DNA of 64,000 nucleotides, taken from NCBI GenBank assembly GCA_051874735.1, contig JBJEGD010000004.1, positions 110,071 to 174,070 of the forward strand, given 5' to 3'. The notes beneath the pieces are model-generated. The model made no database searches and had not been told where the DNA came from. It was given only the letters and a program-made list of their open reading frames with translations. This DNA comes from Candidatus Bruticola sp. Its GTDB lineage: Bacteria; Vulcanimicrobiota; Xenobia; Xenobiales; Xenobiaceae. The translations under genes and the position numbers were made by a program. Below, in pieces: positions 27,328 to 36,656 of this stretch (its first letter is position 1; each line of letters opens with the position of its first letter).

Positions 27328-29232
27328 ATGTACACCTTTATTGCTGCTCCTATTTTTCACTCTACTGCTCAACCATACTGCTGTCGTCTGGACGACGGTT
27401 GTTTGGTAGTGCGGGTACGCGTAAATAAAGGTTTGGCGGCAGATAAAGTTTTTGTTCGCATTGTTCCGGAAGGTGAAGAAATTTGTGTCCGTGCTGTTAA
27501 GCTTAATCGGAAAAATTTTTCTATAGCTAAGCGTTTCTCTGAAGATTGGGAATGGTGGGAAGCCAATTTAAAAGTGGAAGTTCCCCTTCTCAATTATCGT
27601 TTTATCTGCGTAACCGCTTCGGGTACTTTCAACTACAATGCTAAAGGACTTTGTTCCCATACTCCGTTAGACAGAGATGATTTTAAAATTTCTTTCCTGA
27701 ATGAGCCGCCTCAATGGGTAGAAGATAGTATTTTTTACCAAATTTTCCCCGATCGTTTCTGCTGCGGAGATAGTTCAACAAATGTCAAAGACGGTGAGTA
27801 CAGTCTTGCTGGACAGACTGTACGGGCTTTCGACTGGGAAGCTCCTTTAGATAAAAGTTGCGGCAATGTTTCCTTTTATGGTGGAGATTTACCTGGCATT
27901 ACGGCTAAACTTCCTTATTTGCAGGAGCTAGGGATCAACGCTCTTTATCTTAATCCTATTTTTACATCTCCCAGCAATCATAAATATGATGTAGCTGATT
28001 ATTATAATGTCGATCCTCATTTTGGAGGCAATGACGCGTTAGCTGAACTGCGTCGCGCCTCTAGTCTTATCAATATGCGTTTGGTACTAGATCTAGTACC
28101 TAATCATTGTGGAAATCAAAACACTTGGTTCAAAAAAGCTCAGACGGATAAAAATTCTTTAGAGTATGCTTTTTTTACCTTCTATAATGATAATCCTGAA
28201 CAGTACGAAATGTGGCTGGGAGTGCGTACTTTACCTCGTTTGAATTACTGCTCTCAGGAGCTGCGCAAGAGAATGTATTTGGATTGTAAGTCCGTTATGC
28301 GACGCTGGTTGCTTCCTCCGTACTCTATTGACGGATGGCGTATTGATGTCGCTAATATGCTGGCTCGACAAAAAATGGATCAGTTGGGCCATGAAATCGG
28401 CAAAGAAATGCGTCGGGCCGTTAAAGAAGAAAATTCTCAAGCTTGGATTCTGGGAGAACAGTTTTTTGATCCTAGCGATTACCAGCAGGGTGACGAGTTC
28501 GATGCTTCTATGAATTATAGAGCCTTCTGCATGCCTGTGAATCAGTGGATGGCTGGTTTTGATTTCGAAGGATTTAAGGGCCACGAGTGGGGCTGCACGA
28601 CGGCTTTGAGCAGTTCTGATTTAGCAGAACAGATGCAGAGCTTCAGAGCTGCTATCCCTGAGAAGAACGCTTTAAATATGCTGAATTTAGTCGGCAGTCA
28701 CGATCTGCCTCGTGTTAAGACTTTTAATCAAGGAAGGGCTGATAAAGCTGCAGCTTTATATACTATGCTGTTTGCCTATCAGGGAGTACCCTGTATATAT
28801 TACGGTGATGAAATAGGCCTGGAGGGAGGCCCAGACCCTGATAATCGTCGCACTATGATTTGGGATGAGGATAAGTGGGACAAAAACATGCTGTCTCTTA
28901 TGAAGCGTCTTTGTGTCGTGCGCAAGCAGAGCTCTGCTCTGCGCCGTGGTGGGCTGCAGTGGCTTATAGCTCAAGATAACAGTTTAGTGTTTATGCGTGA
29001 AGATAAGCATTCCCGGGCTATATGCACGATAGTTAGGGAAGGCCAAGAAAGTCAGTCTAAGTGCCCCAAGGCGTCGATTGAGTATCTGTCGATTCCTGTG
29101 CAGGCGGCTGCTTTAGCTGAAGGAGTTAAGTTCCGCGGAGCTGTTAGTGGTAAAATTGCTCAAGTAAAAAATGGTTGTTTAGCTATTCTTCCTTCTTGTT
29201 TAGGAGCCGAAATTTGGCTGGAAGAACCTTAA
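27328..29232 (+). CDS. GH13 maltodextrin glucosidase / neopullulanase-like enzyme
   Basis: FYQIFPDRF, YGGDLPGI, SNHKYD, catalytic GWRIDVA / LGEQF / GSHD, IYYGDEIG, DPDNRR; ATG 27328 follows GAGAGG. Confidence 0.92.
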   Translation: MYTFIAAPIFHSTAQPYCCRLDDGCLVVRVRVNKGLAADKVFVRIVPEGEEICVRAVKLNRKNFSIAKRFSEDWEWWEANLKVEVPLLNYRFICVTASGTFNYNAKGLCSHTPLDRDDFKISFLNEPPQWVEDSIFYQIFPDRFCCGDSSTNVKDGEYSLAGQTVRAFDWEAPLDKSCGNVSFYGGDLPGITAKLPYLQELGINALYLNPIFTSPSNHKYDVADYYNVDPHFGGNDALAELRRASSLINMRLVLDLVPNHCGNQNTWFKKAQTDKNSLEYAFFTFYNDNPEQYEMWLGVRTLPRLNYCSQELRKRMYLDCKSVMRRWLLPPYSIDGWRIDVANMLARQKMDQLGHEIGKEMRRAVKEENSQAWILGEQFFDPSDYQQGDEFDASMNYRAFCMPVNQWMAGFDFEGFKGHEWGCTTALSSSDLAEQMQSFRAAIPEKNALNMLNLVGSHDLPRVKTFNQGRADKAAALYTMLFAYQGVPCIYYGDEIGLEGGPDPDNRRTMIWDEDKWDKNMLSLMKRLCVVRKQSSALRRGGLQWLIAQDNSLVFMREDKHSRAICTIVREGQESQSKCPKASIEYLSIPVQAAALAEGVKFRGAVSGKIAQVKNGCLAILPSCLGAEIWLEEP

Positions 29233-29403
29233 ATTTTGTCATCCAGAGGGTGAATATGCTTTGTAAACTAACTCGACACAGTTTATAAAATGCATATTTT
29301 CCCCTTTATTGTGTGCAGGACAAGCTTGGGGCATGTCTAAAGTAGCGCGAGTTTGTTACTAACACCTGTTATTTGTCAACATTATTTTTGGAGTGTATGT
29401 ACT

Positions 29404-30612
29404 GTGGCTGACATTAACCTCGATAAAGTAAAAGAAATTATTACTAAGTTAGAAGCCAATCCTACCGAGCTTTACAATAACAGCTTTTTTATCACTTGGC
29501 GTTATCCTAAAGAGACGATCAATGCTGTTCTCTTAGTGGCTGAAGCTCTGCAGCGTTTGAATCGTGCCGGTAAATCGGTAAAAGTTTTCGATACTGGTCT
29601 GGGCCTTTCCATATTCCGCGATAAGTCCACTCGCACTCGTTACTCTTTTAAATCCGCCTGCAATATGCTCGGCTTAGGTACTGAGGAACTCGATGAGAGT
29701 ACTTCTCAGATTGCTCATGGAGAAACTGTTCGTGAGACTGCTACTATGATTTCCTTCCTCACTGAAGTTATCGGCATTCGCGATGACATGTTCATCGGTG
29801 AGGGCCATCGTTATCAGAAGGAAATGTCAGATTCTATTCAGGAGAGTTACGAACACGGTATCCTTCCTAATCGCACTTCCGTGGTAAACTTGCAGTGCGA
29901 CCTTGACCATCCTACTCAGGCTTTAGCCGACCTGAGCCACATTATTGAGCGTTTTGGCGGAGTTGAGAATCTGCGCGGTAAAAAAGTAGCCATGACTTGG
30001 GCTTACTCTCCCAGCTATGGCAAGCCTCTCTCTGTGCCTCAGGGTATTATAGGCTTGATGAGCCGTTTCGGTATGGATGTCAGCTTGGCCTATCCTGAAG
30101 GGTACGACCTGTTGGAAGAGCCAGTTGAAGCTGCTCGCAAGTTCTCCCAGGAGACTGGCGGAAGCTTTAAGATTACCCACTCTATGGAAGAAGCTTTTGA
30201 AAATGCCGATATAGTCTATCCTAAGAGCTGGGCTCCTTTTACCGTTATGCAGGAGAGAACTGAGCTGCTTCGTTCCGGTCGTGCTTCTGAGCTCAAGGCC
30301 TTAGAGGAGAGAGCTTTAGCTCACAATGCTACCCATAAAGATTGGGAATGCACCGAAGAAATGATGAAACTCACTCGCGGTGGCAAAGCTCTTTATTGCC
30401 ATTGCTTGCCTGCCGATATCAGCGGCGTAAGCTGCAAGGAAGGTGAGTGCGCTGCTTCTGTATTTGAGCGCTATCGTTTAGATACTTATGCTGAGGCCGC
30501 TCATAAGCCCTTCGTGATTGCTGCTATGATCTTGCTGACCCGCTTCCAGGATCCGGTCAAGACTTTAGTTCAGCTTCTTGAAAGAGACAGAGAGCGCCGC
30601 ATTGTCCGCTAA
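29404..30612 (+). CDS. ygeW: Knotted carbamoyltransferase YgeW
   Basis: FRDKSTRTR, HGETVRETA, NLQCDLDHPTQ, WAYSPSYGKPLSVPQG, HCLPADI; GTG 29404 after TGGAG. Confidence 0.93.
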   Translation: MADINLDKVKEIITKLEANPTELYNNSFFITWRYPKETINAVLLVAEALQRLNRAGKSVKVFDTGLGLSIFRDKSTRTRYSFKSACNMLGLGTEELDESTSQIAHGETVRETATMISFLTEVIGIRDDMFIGEGHRYQKEMSDSIQESYEHGILPNRTSVVNLQCDLDHPTQALADLSHIIERFGGVENLRGKKVAMTWAYSPSYGKPLSVPQGIIGLMSRFGMDVSLAYPEGYDLLEEPVEAARKFSQETGGSFKITHSMEEAFENADIVYPKSWAPFTVMQERTELLRSGRASELKALEERALAHNATHKDWECTEEMMKLTRGGKALYCHCLPADISGVSCKEGECAASVFERYRLDTYAEAAHKPFVIAAMILLTRFQDPVKTLVQLLERDRERRIVR

Positions 30613-30631
30613 TTCTTAATTAGCCCAGCAT

Positions 30632-30670
30632 ACTGCTTGTGACTTACTCAGTCATGAGCAGTTTTTTTTT
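30632..30670 (+). terminator. Intrinsic terminator of ygeW
   Basis: ACTGCTTGTGACT / AGTCATGAGCAGT stem (G-U pairs) followed by T9. Confidence 0.8.
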
Positions 30671-30691
30671 ATGCTTTTATGTCGCTGATCT

Positions 30692-30737
30692 AAAGAAAAA
30701 TCCGCCCTTACTTTTTGCTGTAATGTGGTAAGGGCGA
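30692..30737 (-). terminator. Intrinsic terminator of the HtrA gene
   Basis: CGCCCTTAC / GTAAGGGCG stem with an A-rich run on its left (U tract on the minus strand). Confidence 0.6.
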
Positions 30738-30791
30738 ATTCCGGACAGCTTTAAAATTTTTGGCCACTTCAAGCTGTTATGCTGAAAGCAA

Positions 30792-32225
30792 TTATTTGTC
30801 TTTCTCTACTTTTGAAGTGTCAGCCGCTCCGTAAGTAGAGGTATCTATCAGACAGAAAACCTTAATTTGGCCGCGTTTTGCAGTAATAAGGAAATGCTTG
30901 TCGTTTTTGACGCTATTTAAAGCTTCCTTTAAATCTTTGGAATCGTGAATCGGTTTATCGTTAATTTTGGTGATAACGTCGCCTACTGAAAGGCCGGCTG
31001 TGGCTGCAGCAGAGCCTTTTTCTATTTTCGAGACCAGCATGCCGTCGCGTCCGAGCAGGCGGTATTCCAGTTCAGCGCTTACCGTAATTTCATTAGCGAT
31101 AAAGCCGTAGCTAGTTTCAATGTCGTTCGTACTGACGTTGGGCTGAACTCCCAAAATGGCTGTAGTTTCAAACTTTTTGCCATTGCGGCTGTATTCTATA
31201 GGCACCTTCGCATTAGGCAACAGCTGAGCTACTTCAAGTTTTACGCGATTTAAAGCTTCGTCTGTATCGGCATTGACCGGTTTATTGTTCAGCTTAGTTA
31301 TAACATCTCCGCTGCGCAAACCGGCTTTATAAGCTGGGCTGTCTTTGGTCGTATCGCTTACTAATAAACCTCGCAGGGTGGGCTGCTTAATAAAAGCGGC
31401 ATACTCTTCAGTAAAGGGCTGCATAAATACGCCCAGCCAGCCGCGCTGAATATGTCCTTCAACTTCCAAGCGACTGTCTACATCTTTGACTATGTTCGAA
31501 GGAATGGTGAAGCCTTGGCCTCTTCCAACTCCGATCGAATTAATGCCTATCACTTCGCCATTCATATTGACAAGAGGACCGCCGGAGTTTCCAGGATCTA
31601 TCATGGCGTCAATTTGAATAAAATCGTTAATTAAGGGCACTCCATTGTCTGCTCCAGGAATAAAGCGTCCTTTGCCGCTGACAATACCGAAAGATACTGT
31701 GCGGTCAAAGCCATACGGATTGCCGACAGCTATAATCCACTCACCTACCTGCACCTTGTCAGAGTCAGCCAGCTGGGCGTAAGGTAATTCTCTGGTTGGT
31801 TTTATCTTGAGGAAGGCCAAGTCTGTTTGTTGGTCATCGCGAATGATTTCCGCTGTGTATTTACTCTTGTCATCGAGGATAACTGTAATAAGCTGAGCTT
31901 TATCTATCACGTGGTAATTAGTGACAATCTTTCCATCAGAAGAAAGAATTAAACCACTACCAGTAGCCTTGCGTCTTTGATTACCCACTTTAGAAAGTAC
32001 TTCAATGTGAACGACAGTACTCTTGATATGGTCTGATATTTTGATTATATGCTCTTGCATACTGTTAAAAAGAGCATGGCCAGGACTTATTGTCTGGGCT
32101 TTGTCCGGCATATCGGCCCAAGACGCAGCTGGGGCGGCTAAACAAGCTGCGGAAACTACAGTTACAAGTAAACCTCTAAAAAATAAAGGGAAATTTTTCA
32201 TAGTACTTTGCTTTTTCGCAATCAA
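30792..32225 (-). CDS. degP: HtrA/DegP-family periplasmic serine protease with two PDZ domains
   Basis: Signal peptide; triad VTNYHVI / TDLA / IDPGNSGGPL; PDZ segments SPAYKAGLRSGDVI and SAAATAGLSVGDVI. Confidence 0.9.
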   Translation of the reverse strand: MIAKKQSTMKNFPLFFRGLLVTVVSAACLAAPAASWADMPDKAQTISPGHALFNSMQEHIIKISDHIKSTVVHIEVLSKVGNQRRKATGSGLILSSDGKIVTNYHVIDKAQLITVILDDKSKYTAEIIRDDQQTDLAFLKIKPTRELPYAQLADSDKVQVGEWIIAVGNPYGFDRTVSFGIVSGKGRFIPGADNGVPLINDFIQIDAMIDPGNSGGPLVNMNGEVIGINSIGVGRGQGFTIPSNIVKDVDSRLEVEGHIQRGWLGVFMQPFTEEYAAFIKQPTLRGLLVSDTTKDSPAYKAGLRSGDVITKLNNKPVNADTDEALNRVKLEVAQLLPNAKVPIEYSRNGKKFETTAILGVQPNVSTNDIETSYGFIANEITVSAELEYRLLGRDGMLVSKIEKGSAAATAGLSVGDVITKINDKPIHDSKDLKEALNSVKNDKHFLITAKRGQIKVFCLIDTSTYGAADTSKVEKDK

Positions 32226-32273
32226 TAATTTTAGCCCTGCACCAAAAATAGCCTGTAAGCGTAGACGCTTTAT

Positions 32274-35200
32274 CTATATGGGCTTTCTGTCTTGTTGCCA
32301 GCGCGCTTCTAGCCATTGAGCCAGACCAGGAGGGACAATTTTAGCAACAGCTGATTTTAAATCGAGACCTTTCTTCATGTATTCAATAATTTTATACTTC
32401 CAGGATGACCAGCTGTTTTCCAAATCGCGAAGCATGTCTGCTTGTAGATGTACAATTTGCTTGTTAAGCTGCAGTTTATAAAAAGACGACTTGGGATTAT
32501 CTAAGTATGAAGTGCTGGCCTGATTGTCTGGAGCCATAGCCTCCAACCAGGCGCTAATTCCTTGAGAATTGATCTGCTCTTGGCGCCATTTACCCAATTC
32601 ATTATAAAAGCGCCCTTCGAATATCAGGGCTTCTACGGGATTGGCAAATACTTGGAGACAGGCCCTAACTGAAGTTAGATCGTGCCATTTGTTACTAGTC
32701 AAGCGCAGTTCATCATCGGAAGAATTAAAGTTCTCCTTTTCCTGCAGCACACCGAATTTGAAAGCTGCAGCCAGCAAGTTGACTGCACTCATATAAGTGC
32801 GCTTATCAACAGTTATAAGCGAATTAAATTTGATATCTTTGCGTATTTGCACTGCCCGTGTATTGCGGACTAAAGAGGTTAGGTAGGCGTCTTTGTAGTC
32901 TGAAAGCTCTAAATCATTTAAAGTAAAGCCGCTGAAGATTTCGACTATGTCTATAGTTTCAAATTCGGGCTCATCGATGAACGATATCGGAAGTGAAGAA
33001 CTCGTTGCGCTCAAGGCCTGATTTAGAGTTTTGGCTTGATTTTGACGTTCGCTTTGATTTTGATCTGAGGCTACCGGTTGGGGATTGAGGCAGTATGAGG
33101 CTAATATTTGCTTTTGAGCTGCGTCATCCGTGGTGTTTAATGGTTGGGTATAACAGAAATAGGAAGAAATTTCGTTATTTATAGCTGTCAGCTTGCGGCT
33201 GAGTTTATCTCCGGGATAGCGGGATAAAAATTCACCGGCAGGTTGAGGCTCATCTATAGGGTACAGATTAGTTACTATGCGGTTCAGTTCAGAAATCCAT
33301 TCTTCTTGCGTATAGTTTTGCGGTAGATCGAGTAAATTAAAATTGGTCACCTGATCGAGAGCTTTTATAAGAAGCATGAGATCTGGAGGCGAGGAATGGG
33401 CTGCAATAAAGCTGACGGCCTCTTGCTTAGAAATTAAGGGTTCATCGCTGTCCTCTAAAACCTGATTATATAAATGGCGGTTTGAGTTTTTTAAATGAGT
33501 TAATGATTCATCTAAGAAGCTGCGCAGTTGTTCGAGCTTTTTTACTGTTTGGTCGCAGACGCCAATCATGTTGAAAAAAGCATTTACTTCTTCTCGGCCT
33601 ACATAGCTGATAAAAACGTTTTTATAATATTCGGCAATAACTTTTCCCGCTTCTTTAAGTGGAGTGAAGTCTACTTGCCGGGTGAGTTTTTTCCACAGTG
33701 AAGGTTTAAAGGAGGCCAGATCACTGATCGCTTGGTTTTTCAATTCCTCTAGGCGTATTATTTCTGATTTTGCACTATTAGTACGTTCGTGTAGAGCACT
33801 CAGACTGAAAGAAAGTTGTTTATTTATTTCTTCGGCCATATGGTGCATAGTTATACCGTTATGCTGTCGGTTTACCGTATCACTTACAGCATTGCTCATG
33901 CCTACTATAAAATCGTCGCTGAGGTCTTTAGTTACGGATGACAAAGCACTGAAAAATTCTGGTTTAGTTTCGCAGCTAACTGCCAGCTCTTTTAGTTCTT
34001 GATCGAAGGCTTGGCAGTATTTTACTAATTCGTCTCCGTATATGGGATTCTGGTACAGGGGCTCGAGTTTATTCTTTATAAATGAATCTGAGTCGTAAAT
34101 ACCACCTTCAGTATGACACCAGCACTCAGTATAACGCTTATGTACTTCGAAAGAGTCCAGATGGCGGGACTTAATAAAATCTTTACCTAATTCGGTTCCG
34201 CGGATACTGTTCTGATCCAGATCCTGTTCAAAAAATAAATTGAATAATTTTGAAACAACCGTTTGACTAGATAAAAGGCGGGCCACAGTAGCAATTTTGC
34301 GAGCTGGATAAGCTATTTGGTAAGAATGAAGATCAGCGTAGCTACTGCTTTTACTATTTTGGTAAAAAGAAATTGAGGCCTTTTCTCTTTGTTCTTTATT
34401 TTGAGCTTCAGTTAACTGTTGCTGCAGAACTCGATACAGCTTGTCTCCTTCTAGGTTCCAATAAGTAAGGCGCACTAGAATATGGGATAAGGATCGCCAT
34501 TCTTTTTCATCGTTAAATTTATCTAGGCTGTTGAAGATAACTGAATCGTAAGCAGGCTGATTAAACACTTTGAGATTAACCGAATTTTTAGATTTGGGGA
34601 CTGTCTGTTCCGTGTGCACTTCTTGGCTATGGTTTTGCTCTTGGCCCAGTCCGGGGTTAATATTGCGAACATTTTCTGCTAGACATATGTCTAATTTGGC
34701 TAGGATCTCTGCTGTGCTTTCATCGCGTTTGTTGGCTTTGCTTTCATCTTCCGGAATTTCCCACTGCTCAATTTCTGCAAAATCGCAGGCGAAGTCATAG
34801 GCTGACCCGCTCATCCAGTGGTCTAGTTCAATCAAACTCGCATAAACATTTGCCGCCGCTGCTTCAGATTCCGGCATAGTTTGGGAGTAAGGAAGCAGGG
34901 CGGCAACTTCTCCCTTAAGGTTTAATTCCTCAAGCTGCAGGCGAATTAAGTAAGCTAGATCGGCATGAGCGGCGCCGGTACCTCCGCCTAATGAAGCACA
35001 GACAATAATTTTGAGACATAAATTTTCTTCTGATCTGTGCTCTTGAGTAAGTTCTATAAGAGCGTCTTTGATAGCTTGGGACGCTTGGGCGATATTAATA
35101 ATAAAAGCCAGGCGGCCTAAAGCTCTACAGCCGAAAAGTCCGCTGCCAGACTCGATAGTCATAGGAAAATTAGGCAGCCAACCGTTCAAAACGGGCGATT

Positions 35201-35423
35201 GAGAGCGCATCTGAATGGCTCGGGAAGCTTTGGCAGTATCTAGGAAAATAGTTTTAAGTAGCGGAGAGTGGGGAAAGGAATCAAGTAGCGATTTAGTTGT
35301 GTCTAAAAGCAAACCTCTGATCGAATCAGTATAAGACTCTTCCATAGTGCTTATGGCTTTATTCACAGCTTGACAGCCTATGTTGCCTAAACCTACAAAT
35401 AAAAATTTGGCAGTGTTTTTCAC
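32274..35423 (-). CDS. Tubulin-like (Tubulin_2 family) domain protein with long helical C-terminal region
   Basis: LFVGLGNIG, LLLDT, RALGRLAF, CASLGGGTGA, AANVYASLIELDHW, PAYD; about 700 aa mostly helical tail. Confidence 0.8.
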   Translation of the reverse strand: MKNTAKFLFVGLGNIGCQAVNKAISTMEESYTDSIRGLLLDTTKSLLDSFPHSPLLKTIFLDTAKASRAIQMRSQSPVLNGWLPNFPMTIESGSGLFGCRALGRLAFIINIAQASQAIKDALIELTQEHRSEENLCLKIIVCASLGGGTGAAHADLAYLIRLQLEELNLKGEVAALLPYSQTMPESEAAAANVYASLIELDHWMSGSAYDFACDFAEIEQWEIPEDESKANKRDESTAEILAKLDICLAENVRNINPGLGQEQNHSQEVHTEQTVPKSKNSVNLKVFNQPAYDSVIFNSLDKFNDEKEWRSLSHILVRLTYWNLEGDKLYRVLQQQLTEAQNKEQREKASISFYQNSKSSSYADLHSYQIAYPARKIATVARLLSSQTVVSKLFNLFFEQDLDQNSIRGTELGKDFIKSRHLDSFEVHKRYTECWCHTEGGIYDSDSFIKNKLEPLYQNPIYGDELVKYCQAFDQELKELAVSCETKPEFFSALSSVTKDLSDDFIVGMSNAVSDTVNRQHNGITMHHMAEEINKQLSFSLSALHERTNSAKSEIIRLEELKNQAISDLASFKPSLWKKLTRQVDFTPLKEAGKVIAEYYKNVFISYVGREEVNAFFNMIGVCDQTVKKLEQLRSFLDESLTHLKNSNRHLYNQVLEDSDEPLISKQEAVSFIAAHSSPPDLMLLIKALDQVTNFNLLDLPQNYTQEEWISELNRIVTNLYPIDEPQPAGEFLSRYPGDKLSRKLTAINNEISSYFCYTQPLNTTDDAAQKQILASYCLNPQPVASDQNQSERQNQAKTLNQALSATSSSLPISFIDEPEFETIDIVEIFSGFTLNDLELSDYKDAYLTSLVRNTRAVQIRKDIKFNSLITVDKRTYMSAVNLLAAAFKFGVLQEKENFNSSDDELRLTSNKWHDLTSVRACLQVFANPVEALIFEGRFYNELGKWRQEQINSQGISAWLEAMAPDNQASTSYLDNPKSSFYKLQLNKQIVHLQADMLRDLENSWSSWKYKIIEYMKKGLDLKSAVAKIVPPGLAQWLEARWQQDRKPI

Positions 35424-35494
35424 TTTGTTTTATTCTCTCCACTCTACGGGGTAGTAATACAAGGCATACGGTGGCAAAATCGCCACGGTTAAAA

Positions 35495-36277
35495 TTAATT
35501 GAGCAAATTCAATAAACGCTTGCCGAAAAGGTTACAGGCGTTGGCTGATGTCTGCTCAGCCAAGGCTTCAGGGGTTATGCCCCGCAGATTGGCAATGTAA
35601 TCTAGCGTGTATTTAATCCAGGCCGGATGACATACTCGCCCTCTTTGGGGAATAGGTGCCAGATAAGGGCCGTCTGTTTCAATAAGTAGCCTATCCGCGG
35701 GACATTTTGCTGCTATTTCTGCGACATTTTTAAGCTTAGGAAAAGTTACCATTCCTGTTATGCCGATATAAAAACCTAAATTTAAGTAATCCTGTGCTGT
35801 CTGCCAGTCGGAGCTGCAGCAATGCACAACCCCACCGGCTGTGGGCTTGCCGAATTTATAAATAAAATTCAGCATATCCTGGTCAGCTTCACGAATATGG
35901 AGAATTACTGGTAACTTCGCTTTCTCCGCTAAAGCAAAGTTCGCCTGTAGACATTTTTGTTGCTGCTGTGGAGAAGAAAAACTGTAATGATAATCCAGGC
36001 CTATTTCTCCTACAGCAACAGCTTGTGGCAGTAATCGCTCTATTTGTTCCAGATTATACTGATTAAGCTTGTCGGCCTCATGAGGATGTATTCCCACTGC
36101 AGGAAGAATTGCTGTTTCTTGTTGGCTCATCATAACTGCGCTTTCCGAAGAAGGCAGGTCTGTGCCTGGAACAATAAAAGCCTTGAGGCCGCTGCTTTTG
36201 CCTTCTGCTATAAGTTGTTGCCAATTATCCTTGTATTCTTCGCTGTTAAGATGAATATGAGTGTCTACAATATGCAT
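35495..36277 (-). CDS. tatD: TatD family hydrolase (YcfH-like)
   Basis: VDTHIHL, GIHPH, GEIGLDYHY, ILHIREA, VVHC, IETDGPYLAP; ATG 36277 preferred over GTG 36304. Confidence 0.92.
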   Translation of the reverse strand: MHIVDTHIHLNSEEYKDNWQQLIAEGKSSGLKAFIVPGTDLPSSESAVMMSQQETAILPAVGIHPHEADKLNQYNLEQIERLLPQAVAVGEIGLDYHYSFSSPQQQQKCLQANFALAEKAKLPVILHIREADQDMLNFIYKFGKPTAGGVVHCCSSDWQTAQDYLNLGFYIGITGMVTFPKLKNVAEIAAKCPADRLLIETDGPYLAPIPQRGRVCHPAWIKYTLDYIANLRGITPEALAEQTSANACNLFGKRLLNLLN

Positions 36278-36656
36278 TTGCAGTAACAAGTTCTTTCTCG
36301 GCACCTTAGTTTTTATAGGCCGCTGCAGTTAGAACTGCGGATAGAAAAATATATTTGAAGTTATAAATTCAGTTTTTAGGAACTAAATTTATTATAAAAA
36401 AAGTTTCTATACAGATACTTTCTTACCTTGCTTAAAGGTTATAATGCCTAACGTTAGCCCTGTATATCTTTATCACAAATAACGGCATCGTCTATTTTTT
36501 ATTATTAGAAAAGATAAAAAACTCCCAAATGACATGTTAGTTAGCGACTGAAATTTTGCTTGAAGGCTGGCAGAAGGCTAAGAAAGATTATAGAGAGAAG
36601 GTACCTTTAATATATTAAAATAATATTTGATTATCGATTAGTTCTGTGAGAAAAAT

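Noticed and set aside
1592-36277. Two TatD genes as a defence system
   Set aside because: Multiple TatD paralogs are common, they are about 33 kb apart, and no QueC or KAP-NTPase partners of Qat-type systems are adjacent.
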